A program made the translations under genes and the position numbers. DNA of 26,866 bases, taken from positions 1 to 26,866 of IMG/VR virus record IMGVR_UViG_3300006919_000355; one strand, 5' to 3'. The DNA comes from a virus (Duplodnaviria; Caudoviricetes). How positions within the stretch are numbered: the stretch's first letter is position 1; each line of letters starts with the position of its first letter. This document shows, piece by piece, positions 14,728 to 22,925 of the stretch. The notes below the pieces were generated by a model. That model did no database searches. It saw nothing but the letters and a program-made list of their open reading frames with translations, and had not been told where the DNA came from.

Positions 14728-16929
14728 ATGCACGAACCAGAAGGTTATAAAGAAATTGTAACAGATGAGGAGTTGATGAACATCATTGACTCAGAAGTAG
14801 CGAATGCCCAGGGTAACTTTTTGGATTCCTCTGATCTTTCAGACGAGCGAGAGAAAGCTACATTTGAGTATGCGATGCAACCAATCGGACATCTTACACC
14901 GCAAGGTGTGTCTAAGATTGTGTCCTCAGATACCGTTGAAGCGGTTGAGGGGTACTCAGCAGTTTTATCCGAACTGCTACTAAATAATAAAAAACTAGCA
15001 AAATTTATACCGCATTCACAAACAGCTGTGGATGTGCACCGAGCCCGTGTTGCTTCAGACGTAGCCAATTATTGTATATTTAAAAAGAATAAAGGTTGGG
15101 AGATAATTAACACCTGGATGAAAGCAGCCCTTCTATGGAAGAATGCTGCAGTAGTCTGGGAGTATGTTGAAGATTACGAATATAAGTTTGAAGAATACGA
15201 AGAGATCTCTGCAGAAGCTCTAGATGTAGTGCTTGCAGATATAGACTCTGAAGTAGTAGGTGATTTATTTATAGATGAAGATGGTATGTACAAAGATGTA
15301 CGTATCAAAAAGAAGTGCAATAAAAGCGGTGTTAAGATCCGTAACATCGAGCCAGAGTCATTCCTTATAAGCCAAGGTGCATCCTCTATTGAAGACGCAT
15401 CGTTCGTTGGTATTACTACTGAAATGACTAGGTCAGAGATTCGTAAGCAATATCCAGAGCAAGCTGATAATATTGACTGGGATTCTACTGATGACCGCTA
15501 TACCTTTGCACAAGCAATTAATACAGAAAGGACAGCCCGAAGAACTTCTGTGGGTCTGTCTAATGTTTCATTTAACAGCAATCAAACTACAGAAGCTAAC
15601 CAAGTAGCCAGTGTACTGGAGTGTTGGTTACGTGTAGACCGTGATGGTGATGGCATCTCAGAACTAAAAAGATTTATTACTGTTGGTGATAATATCTTAT
15701 TTGAAGAAGATGTTGAGTATATTCCAGTAGCAGAGCTAAAGCCTTTTGACATTCCACATGAGTGGGCTGGTCTATCTATGGCTGACATGACTCGACCTGC
15801 TACCCTTGCGTCTACTGCAATACTACGTGGTTTTGTAGAGAATACTTATCTTACTAACTATTCTCCTAAGCTAGCGGACCCTAATGTAGTTGACTTCTCT
15901 GCATTGCAAAACATGAAACCAAAACAAATTGTACCTACCAATGGTAACCCTGCAGCGGCTGTTCAGAACATGCCACCAGAAGCGTTATCAACAGGTACAG
16001 TGCCTCTGCTAGAATTTTTGCAGAAGCATAAAGAGCAAGCTAATGGGCTGTCTAAAGCAGCTCAAGGTTTGAATGATACTCTCTATGTGTCAGGTAACTC
16101 AGAACAGAAAGTATCCGCTGTACAATCTGCAGCTCAAACCCGCATCCAACATATTGCCAGAAGGTTTATGGAGACAGGCTTAGCCCATCTCTGTGAAGGT
16201 GTGTATAAGACAATGCGTACCGAGATGCGAACTCAAAGTATGAACTACTACGACCGAAACGATTTCTACAAAACCATCGAAGTTAAGGACTTACCTGACA
16301 ATATGATGTTGCAAGTAGAAGCAGATGTCGGCGATGCTAGTAATCAAACTGTGTTACAAAAAATGCAAATGATTGGCCAAACGGTCCTACCTGCGCTTAT
16401 GCAGGCTGGATTCCAAGGGGCCATTAATCCTGTAGCACCTGCTACTGTTGCATTTAAAACCATTGAGGCACTAGGAGAAGATCCGTTAGACTACATAGTA
16501 GACTACACTTCCGAAGAGTACAAGGAATCCGCAATGGCAGGTAAGAAACAACAGCAAGAATCTGAGCAGAAAAAGAAAGCTATGGAAGAGAAAACACTTA
16601 TGACTAAGATGGCTCTCGACCAAGCAAATGTCGATTACACAAACGTACAATCTCAGAATGCTATTCAGGATAACCTGAAACAACTTGTTGTTGCCTTGGA
16701 CAAATCATATCAAGAATGGTCTAAGCTATCAATCAGTGCTGCTAAAGAAGGTCAACCAGAACCTACTAAGCCTGATGTACAAGAAATGTACGAGACAGCT
16801 CAAGCCTTAATCCAAAGAACCATGACACCACCACAGGCTAATGGAGCTGGGCAACAACCCCAGCAACCAAACGGATTAACCCCAGAGATGTTACAAGCTA
16901 TCATGCAAAAGGGTGGAGGTATGATGTAA
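14728..16929 (+). CDS. Portal protein (P22-like podovirus type)
   Basis: 733-aa ORF directly after terL, with SKIVSSD, ECWLRVDRDGDGISEL and a long helical, Gln-rich C-terminus. Start moved to ATG 14728, which follows GAGGA. Confidence 0.9.
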   Translation: MHEPEGYKEIVTDEELMNIIDSEVANAQGNFLDSSDLSDEREKATFEYAMQPIGHLTPQGVSKIVSSDTVEAVEGYSAVLSELLLNNKKLAKFIPHSQTAVDVHRARVASDVANYCIFKKNKGWEIINTWMKAALLWKNAAVVWEYVEDYEYKFEEYEEISAEALDVVLADIDSEVVGDLFIDEDGMYKDVRIKKKCNKSGVKIRNIEPESFLISQGASSIEDASFVGITTEMTRSEIRKQYPEQADNIDWDSTDDRYTFAQAINTERTARRTSVGLSNVSFNSNQTTEANQVASVLECWLRVDRDGDGISELKRFITVGDNILFEEDVEYIPVAELKPFDIPHEWAGLSMADMTRPATLASTAILRGFVENTYLTNYSPKLADPNVVDFSALQNMKPKQIVPTNGNPAAAVQNMPPEALSTGTVPLLEFLQKHKEQANGLSKAAQGLNDTLYVSGNSEQKVSAVQSAAQTRIQHIARRFMETGLAHLCEGVYKTMRTEMRTQSMNYYDRNDFYKTIEVKDLPDNMMLQVEADVGDASNQTVLQKMQMIGQTVLPALMQAGFQGAINPVAPATVAFKTIEALGEDPLDYIVDYTSEEYKESAMAGKKQQQESEQKKKAMEEKTLMTKMALDQANVDYTNVQSQNAIQDNLKQLVVALDKSYQEWSKLSISAAKEGQPEPTKPDVQEMYETAQALIQRTMTPPQANGAGQQPQQPNGLTPEMLQAIMQKGGGMM

Positions 16930-16976
16930 GGAGGTGATCCTTAGAAACACTTGAGGGGCCCAGATGGGCCCTTCAA
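16927..16976 (+). promoter_or_regulatory. 14-nt perfect complement of the 16S rRNA 3' end plus an 11-bp hairpin
   Basis: TAAGGAGGTGATCC at 16927-16940; TTGAGGGGCCC-AGAT-GGGCCCTTCAA at 16951-16976. Confidence 0.6.
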
Positions 16977-17004
16977 ACTTAAGACGCTGACCAGAGGAGA
17001 TCTA

Positions 17005-17352
17005 GTGGATAAGTATAAGAATGGGGCTAAGCGTAAGTTTAAGCCTAAGATGGACCAACAAACAGGGGAATATAAAACCAACCCCTTCATTGATTCTCAA
17101 GAATCCTTGACAAGAGCAATGTTTTCGAAGAAGCAAAGAGATGAGTTTTTTACTGAAGCTTACTCCGATATCCTCGTAGACTTATTTGTTCAATGGTTAC
17201 AAACAGAACCGCACTGTACTAAAGAACGTGAATACTTATATCATGTAGCTATGGGGCTGGGTTCTGTTAAAGAACGTTTAATACAAATAGAAACTTATGG
17301 TTTCAACCAAGAGTTATTAGATCACAATAAATCTCAAGAAGGAGATAAATAG
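17005..17352 (+). CDS. Hypothetical protein of the head module (115 aa)
   Basis: GTG 17005 follows AGAGGAG; lies between portal and scaffold. Confidence 0.8.
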   Translation: MDKYKNGAKRKFKPKMDQQTGEYKTNPFIDSQESLTRAMFSKKQRDEFFTEAYSDILVDLFVQWLQTEPHCTKEREYLYHVAMGLGSVKERLIQIETYGFNQELLDHNKSQEGDK

Positions 17353-17567
17353 TGGATTATACAAAGATTAATGATGTAAAACTACCGAAGGCACTAGAGA
17401 GCGCTAAGCGATCCCTAGCTGCAATTGTTGACGAAGTTGCTGTAGGCCCTGGTAAAGCCAGGTTCTTTTCACAGGATTTAGTTAACGCATATAAATCTGT
17501 TCAAATTTTAGAAGAGATTACAAAAGCCCGAGCGCCTAAGAAGAAGGCAGCGGTTAACAAGGACTAA
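17352..17567 (+). CDS. Hypothetical protein (71 aa)
   Basis: GTG start overlaps the previous stop; SD AAGGAG. Confidence 0.75.
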   Translation: MDYTKINDVKLPKALESAKRSLAAIVDEVAVGPGKARFFSQDLVNAYKSVQILEEITKARAPKKKAAVNKD

Positions 17568-17584
17568 TATAGGATAACAATTTT

Positions 17585-18697
17585 ATGAGCAATGAAAACG
17601 ATACAGCCTCTACCCAATTGGATGACGCTGGTTTACATGCTGGTCAAGATAGCCAATCTATAGATGACATTCCAGTACCCATGGGACCAATGGGTGAGGC
17701 CTTAGGCCTTACTCAACCTGAGGAGGAATCTCTACCAGAAGAAGATGAATCTGATCTTGACCCGGAAGATTCTGCAGAAGAAGAAGATGTACCCGAAGGA
17801 GACGCTGCAGATGAAGACGATACCGATGATTATGAGGAAGACGCTGACGAAGATGAAGAGTATGAGGATGATGACGATGAGGATTCTACCCAAGATGACG
17901 ATTTACCTTTGGAAGAGGAAGTTGACTGGGAATATGAAGTACCCGTAAAAATTGATGGGGAAATTGAATATGTTTCTATTGGTGAGCTTCGTAAAGGTTT
18001 TGCTACTGATCAACACTTGTCTAAGAAGGGTAGAGAAGTTAGTGAACTCGAAAGTCAATTAAAAGAGGAATACTCTGCAAAGACTGCCGAGATTACTGAA
18101 CTTGGGGCTACTTTAGCAGCACAACTACAAAACGATGAAAACGTGTTAGCTAAAGAGTACCATGACTTAGAAGCTAAGATTGAGAAAGCTCGTGATGAAG
18201 GTGATACATATGAGTTAAATGATCTTAAGGATAAACGAGAAACTGCCCAGAAGAAATACTGGGAAGCCCGCAACAAACGGGAGGGTCTCGTAGGTGCAAT
18301 TCAAAAACAACAACAAGAACAACAGCAAAAACATATAGATAATCTTATGGCTCAGTTTGATGAAGATATCAAAGAACTAGTGCCAGATTTTGATGCTGAT
18401 CTTGTTAGAGAGTTTGCACTTAGTGAGGGGGTACCTCAAGAGTTCCTTGATTTCATTATGGATGCTCGAGTTGTTAAGTTTGTAGATGATTACCGAAAGC
18501 TAAAACAAAAAGCTAGTACGGGCTCTGCAAAACGTAAACGAGCACCAAAAGTAAAAGGTGTACCAACAAAGCGCAAGTTATCTAAATCCAAAAAGTCGGA
18601 ACAAAGAAGCGCAGCATTGCGTGAATCTGTTCTAGCTGGAAAAGGTAATGAGCAATCTGAATTAGAGTTTCTTAAGTCATTAAGCAAGTTCCGCTAA
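17585..18697 (+). CDS. Capsid scaffolding protein
   Basis: Very acidic N-terminal tract, VKIDGE...V...EL..G motif, coiled coil and basic C-terminus; immediately upstream of the MCP. Confidence 0.85.
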   Translation: MSNENDTASTQLDDAGLHAGQDSQSIDDIPVPMGPMGEALGLTQPEEESLPEEDESDLDPEDSAEEEDVPEGDAADEDDTDDYEEDADEDEEYEDDDDEDSTQDDDLPLEEEVDWEYEVPVKIDGEIEYVSIGELRKGFATDQHLSKKGREVSELESQLKEEYSAKTAEITELGATLAAQLQNDENVLAKEYHDLEAKIEKARDEGDTYELNDLKDKRETAQKKYWEARNKREGLVGAIQKQQQEQQQKHIDNLMAQFDEDIKELVPDFDADLVREFALSEGVPQEFLDFIMDARVVKFVDDYRKLKQKASTGSAKRKRAPKVKGVPTKRKLSKSKKSEQRSAALRESVLAGKGNEQSELEFLKSLSKFR

Positions 18698-18735
18698 CAT
18701 AAGATTCAATTTTTATATTATAAGGAAATTATAAA

Positions 18736-19767
18736 ATGGCTGCAACAAACTTTCAAACTACGGCTGTAGCTAGCCGTACATCAGAGACTGAAGATCTCGC
18801 AAGCTTTATCTCGATGATTACTCGAGATGAAACTCCGTTCTTGGCATCTATTGGCAAGACAACTTCTAAGGGTATTTTCCACGAATGGCAAACTGATGAG
18901 CTTCTTGCTCCAGGTTCTAACGCTGTTGCTGAAGGTTCTACTTTCTCAACTGTTGCTTCTGGTCAGGCTGCTGGTGGTGATCGTACTCGTTTGGGTAACT
19001 ACACTCAAATTAACTCTAAGACCGTCCAGGTTTCTGGCACTAAGCGTGCAGTAGACCAAGCTGGTGTTGCTGACGAATATGCTTATCAACTTAAGAAAGT
19101 TGGTACTGAGCTTCGTCGTGACGTTGAGCTTGACGCTATTCACAGCTTTAACAGCTCAGACGCTACTGGTACTCGTACTATGGGTGGTTACCAGGCTTGG
19201 GTTAACAACAATGTAGTTAATGCTGGTGATGCAGCTGCATACACTGCCCCTGCTGCTTTAGGTGCTGGTACTGCTGGTACTATTGCTCGTGGTGCTTCTG
19301 ATGCTAACCTTGATGCTATTGAACTAGGTGATGTTGATGACATCATGCAGAAAATCTATGAAGAAGGCGGTAAGGCAACTACCCTTATGACCTCTCCAAA
19401 GAACAAGCGTGAGCTGTCTTCAAAAGCACACGGTACTAGTCAAAACACTGTTCGTAACTTGGACGACACTGGTAAAATCCGTCAGAGCATTGAGTTGTTT
19501 GACTCTGACTTTGGTTCTATCCGCATCGTACCTAACTACATTATGGGTCTTTCTCACAACACTGGTGCTGATGCTACCACTGATAGTAAAGACTTCTGTG
19601 CGCTAGTATACGATCCCTCGTTCTTCAAAGTTGCTACTTTGCGTCCGCTTCAAGAAACTGAAGTAGGTCAGCAAGGTGATAGCACTATCGGTCAAATCGT
19701 CGAAGAGTGCACACTTGAAGTACGTAACCCTAAAGCTTGCGGTATGATCGTAGGTCTAGGTGGGTAA
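18736..19767 (+). CDS. Major capsid protein (SU10/DUF5309-like, HK97 fold)
   Basis: EDL...I..I...ETPF...IGK, HEWQTDEL, RLGNYTQI..K.V.VSGT and E.TLEVRNPKA. Strongly biased codon usage; followed by a terminator. Confidence 0.93.
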   Translation: MAATNFQTTAVASRTSETEDLASFISMITRDETPFLASIGKTTSKGIFHEWQTDELLAPGSNAVAEGSTFSTVASGQAAGGDRTRLGNYTQINSKTVQVSGTKRAVDQAGVADEYAYQLKKVGTELRRDVELDAIHSFNSSDATGTRTMGGYQAWVNNNVVNAGDAAAYTAPAALGAGTAGTIARGASDANLDAIELGDVDDIMQKIYEEGGKATTLMTSPKNKRELSSKAHGTSQNTVRNLDDTGKIRQSIELFDSDFGSIRIVPNYIMGLSHNTGADATTDSKDFCALVYDPSFFKVATLRPLQETEVGQQGDSTIGQIVEECTLEVRNPKACGMIVGLGG

Positions 19768-19791
19768 TAAGTTTTAATACTTATATACCTT

Positions 19792-19825
19792 GGGGGCTCC
19801 TTATGGAGTCCCCTTCTTTTTATTT
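19792..19825 (+). terminator. Rho-independent terminator after the MCP
   Basis: GGGGGCTCC-TTAT-GGAGTCCCC followed by TTCTTTTTATTT. Confidence 0.85.
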
Positions 19826-19834
19826 GGAGGAATA

Positions 19835-20140
19835 ATGGATAACAAAATTAAAACAAATCAAGATGGAAGGACAATTCAAGTAGCTCAGGATGTTTCTGGG
19901 TATCTTGACTTTGCTAAACAATCTCGTGAATTACAAGCGAGAGGTGGTGATGCTTCCCACTATAGATCTTTTGCAATCATTCCCGATATTGTAGCATTAG
20001 AGATCTTAACTAAGCACGGATTAAATCTACATGAAGCTGAGTTTATGACAAACAAAGAAGATGTAGCTAAATTAAAAAGAATAATTAAATCAGAATACCC
20101 AAGCCTGTTGACATCCAATGTATCAAGGGCTCGTGGTTAA
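19835..20140 (+). CDS. Hypothetical protein of the structural module (101 aa)
   Basis: Start moved to ATG 19835, which follows GGAGG; the track start lies inside the terminator. Confidence 0.8.
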   Translation: MDNKIKTNQDGRTIQVAQDVSGYLDFAKQSRELQARGGDASHYRSFAIIPDIVALEILTKHGLNLHEAEFMTNKEDVAKLKRIIKSEYPSLLTSNVSRARG

Positions 20141-20155
20141 CACAGGAGACAATAC

Positions 20156-20908
20156 ATGTCAACGCCATTATATGATGCTTTAGTTAATAAAGTAAGGTCA
20201 TGGGCCAACAGGGATTCTAGTGTATTAACAGATGAGTTAATAAGAAGCTTTTTAGATTACTCTGCAGATTACTGCTATAGAAATTTAAGGATACCAGCAT
20301 TAGAACATACCTTTGTATACAACCCTATTGATAGTGACGATGTAGGTGAAGATGTTATTACATTACCTTCAGATCTATCCGAGTTAATACAGTTTGGTAA
20401 AACAGACCCTAAGGGTTTATTTACAGCATACGACGAAAGAGCTGCATTAGCTTCTATGCAAGATAATAATTTTAAAAAAGCTGAAGGGACTTTTGCAAGA
20501 AAAGGTAGAGCCTTAATTTTTTATCCAGCTGCAGAGTTAAATGACAGATTTGAAGTTTACTATTACAGGCGACTACCTGATCTAGACGCTACGTATACTG
20601 TAAACCAAACTAACGTAGATGCTGGTCTTTGCACCCAGGTAGATGAAACAACTGCTGGTGCTGTTCAAGTAGGAAGCTCATATTATTTAGGTAATGAAGT
20701 CCCTAACTGGCTTAGAGATGATAACGAACGTATACTTGTATTTGGTGCGGTATCTCACGCTTTAGATTACTTAGGTGAAGATGAAAGATCTGAAAAGTTT
20801 TTTAATAAGCAAAAAGAAATAATTCTTGAATTAAATCAAGAAGAAATAAAAAGGAAAGCTAAGGGCGGATCAATAGTTACTGCGTACTCTGATGTTGCTC
20901 AATTTTAA
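20156..20908 (+). CDS. Putative head-tail adaptor (tail tubular protein A-like)
   Basis: 250 aa, positioned after the MCP, with a helix / beta-domain / helix layout (ITLPSDL, LIFYP, YYRRLPDL, NWL). Confidence 0.65.
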   Translation: MSTPLYDALVNKVRSWANRDSSVLTDELIRSFLDYSADYCYRNLRIPALEHTFVYNPIDSDDVGEDVITLPSDLSELIQFGKTDPKGLFTAYDERAALASMQDNNFKKAEGTFARKGRALIFYPAAELNDRFEVYYYRRLPDLDATYTVNQTNVDAGLCTQVDETTAGAVQVGSSYYLGNEVPNWLRDDNERILVFGAVSHALDYLGEDERSEKFFNKQKEIILELNQEEIKRKAKGGSIVTAYSDVAQF

Positions 20909-20919
20909 GGAGAATATAA

Positions 20920-22914
20920 ATGGCTATTGATTACGAACAGTCTTCATCTGCAAACTTAGTAGGTGATCCAGCAGAAGGTGGTGTATTTAGTTCAGGTAAT
21001 AAAGCAGAAGTGTCATCAGCTACCTCTGCATCAGCTACAGCTACTAATGCTGCAACCACTGCAACTAACAAAGCTACGGAAGCTGAAGGGTATGCGACTA
21101 CAGCGTCGGGGCACGCAAGCACTGCAAGCAATGCAGCTGGCACTGCTAGCTCTGCACTGTCAGATATACAAACAATTCAAGGTCAAATAAACACTGCATT
21201 AAGCGATGCTCAAGCAGCTCAAGCAGCCGCTGAAGCGGCTCTAGATACTTTTGATGATTCTTACTTAGGACCTAAAAGCTTTAACCCTACAGCTAATAAT
21301 GACGGTGATGCTTTAACTGAAGGTAATCTTTATTATAACACTATAAGTAAAAACCTTATGGTTTATGATGGTACTGCTTGGCAAACAGCTGCTCAGTCTA
21401 CAACATCAGTGTTCCTTAAATCAAATAACTTTTCAGATATATTAGATGCAGCAGCTGCACGTACTAACCTTGGGTTAGGCACAATGGCTGAAGAAACAGC
21501 TACAGACTATGCAGCGTTAGCTGGTGCTACATTTACAGGTACTGTAGAAAGCCCAGAGTTTTCTGGAGCACTTGATGGTAATGTTGTGTTTACTGCTAAA
21601 GCAGGTGAAGCATTATCTAAAGGTGATGTTGTTTATGTATCTGGTATAAGTGGGCAAACCCCTGTAGTAAGTAAAGCTGATGCTAACTCTACAGGCAAGC
21701 ACCCAGCTTTTGGTGTGGCTGACAGCTCAGTATCTAACAATCAAAACTTAAAAGTAATTAGTCAAGGTCAATTAAAACACATTGATACTAGTGCATTTAA
21801 CCTTGGGGATACCTTATACTTATCAACTACACCTGGTGAGTTAACGAATGTACCACCTGCTGGTGAAGGTTCTGTTATACAAAATTTAGGTAAAGTTGAA
21901 AGAGAGCATGCTAGCTCTGGTGCTATTTTAATATCTGGAGCAGGTAGATCTGCAGCAACTCCAAACCTTAATGATGGTAATATATTTATTGGTGATAGCA
22001 ATAACAAAGCAGTTACTGCGTCACTATCAAGCAAAGTTGCTGAAGCACTTGCAGGACAACAAGTCCCAGGTACTGGTACATTTACTGGAGACCTATCAGC
22101 AGCTGGTATAAATCTTTCAGATTCAGATCCACGTATTACTTTGACAGACTCCGATACAAATCTTATTGGTGAAATTTATCAAGATGATTCAACCTTAATA
22201 ACTAAATCTGCGAGCAGCTCTAGCTCTGCTTATGGTGGATTTAAATTCAATGCGGTTAATCTTGATGGGTTAAGTAAAACAAGACTTCAGATTCTGACTT
22301 CTGGTAATGTAACGTTTGGTGATTTAAATGGAACACCAAAGTTTGTTTGGGATGCAAACAATTCAAGAGTAGGTATAGGTTCTTTATTTCCCTCAGAGGC
22401 CTTAGATGTTACTGGTAATATTAAAGCATCTGGTGAATTTATTGGTAACCTATCAAATGCAACTCAACAAGACATTACACAGCTAGGTACTATTGGGTCT
22501 CTTGTAGCTACTACAGCAGATATTAATGGTGGTACAATTAATCAAACTACTATTGATGAATCAGATATTACAGTAGGTTCTGGTAAAACATTAGATGTAT
22601 CTTCGGGCACACTAACGCTTGCTGACAATCAAATAAACCCTAGTAAATTAAGTGACGGGGTAATAAGCGGTGGTACTCAAATTAATACCACAGAAACAAT
22701 ACAAACAACTAGTTCAGTAACTGCTAATCAAATATCAGTAGGTAGCCACTACTCTTTCCCGCAAACAGACGGGACAGCAGACCAAGTACTGGGAACAGAT
22801 GGTAACGGTAATGTTTCTTTTATAGACCCACCTGCTCAAGTTGCATTCTTACAAATGGCTACCGTTATTACTAACACAAACAATAGATACGTGACTCAAC
22901 ACGCATTTACGTAA
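20920..22914 (+). CDS. Tail fibre / virion appendage protein (664 aa)
   Basis: Ala/Ser/Thr coiled coil, FDDSYLG.K...PT..NDG.AL..G.LYYNT, AARTNLGLG, VGIG...P...LDV.G and DGTADQVLGTDGNG fibre motifs. Confidence 0.8.
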   Translation: MAIDYEQSSSANLVGDPAEGGVFSSGNKAEVSSATSASATATNAATTATNKATEAEGYATTASGHASTASNAAGTASSALSDIQTIQGQINTALSDAQAAQAAAEAALDTFDDSYLGPKSFNPTANNDGDALTEGNLYYNTISKNLMVYDGTAWQTAAQSTTSVFLKSNNFSDILDAAAARTNLGLGTMAEETATDYAALAGATFTGTVESPEFSGALDGNVVFTAKAGEALSKGDVVYVSGISGQTPVVSKADANSTGKHPAFGVADSSVSNNQNLKVISQGQLKHIDTSAFNLGDTLYLSTTPGELTNVPPAGEGSVIQNLGKVEREHASSGAILISGAGRSAATPNLNDGNIFIGDSNNKAVTASLSSKVAEALAGQQVPGTGTFTGDLSAAGINLSDSDPRITLTDSDTNLIGEIYQDDSTLITKSASSSSSAYGGFKFNAVNLDGLSKTRLQILTSGNVTFGDLNGTPKFVWDANNSRVGIGSLFPSEALDVTGNIKASGEFIGNLSNATQQDITQLGTIGSLVATTADINGGTINQTTIDESDITVGSGKTLDVSSGTLTLADNQINPSKLSDGVISGGTQINTTETIQTTSSVTANQISVGSHYSFPQTDGTADQVLGTDGNGNVSFIDPPAQVAFLQMATVITNTNNRYVTQHAFT

Positions 22915-22925
22915 AGGATTAAATT

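Noticed and set aside
17609-17901. Repeated STQ..DD / TCTACC in the scaffold gene as a cleavage or DNA signal
   Set aside because: The matches are short and lie in or near a low-complexity acidic region, and no protease gene was recognised.
19740-19770. Programmed frameshift or readthrough extension of the MCP
   Set aside because: No slippery heptamer; tandem TAA TAA is followed by a terminator.
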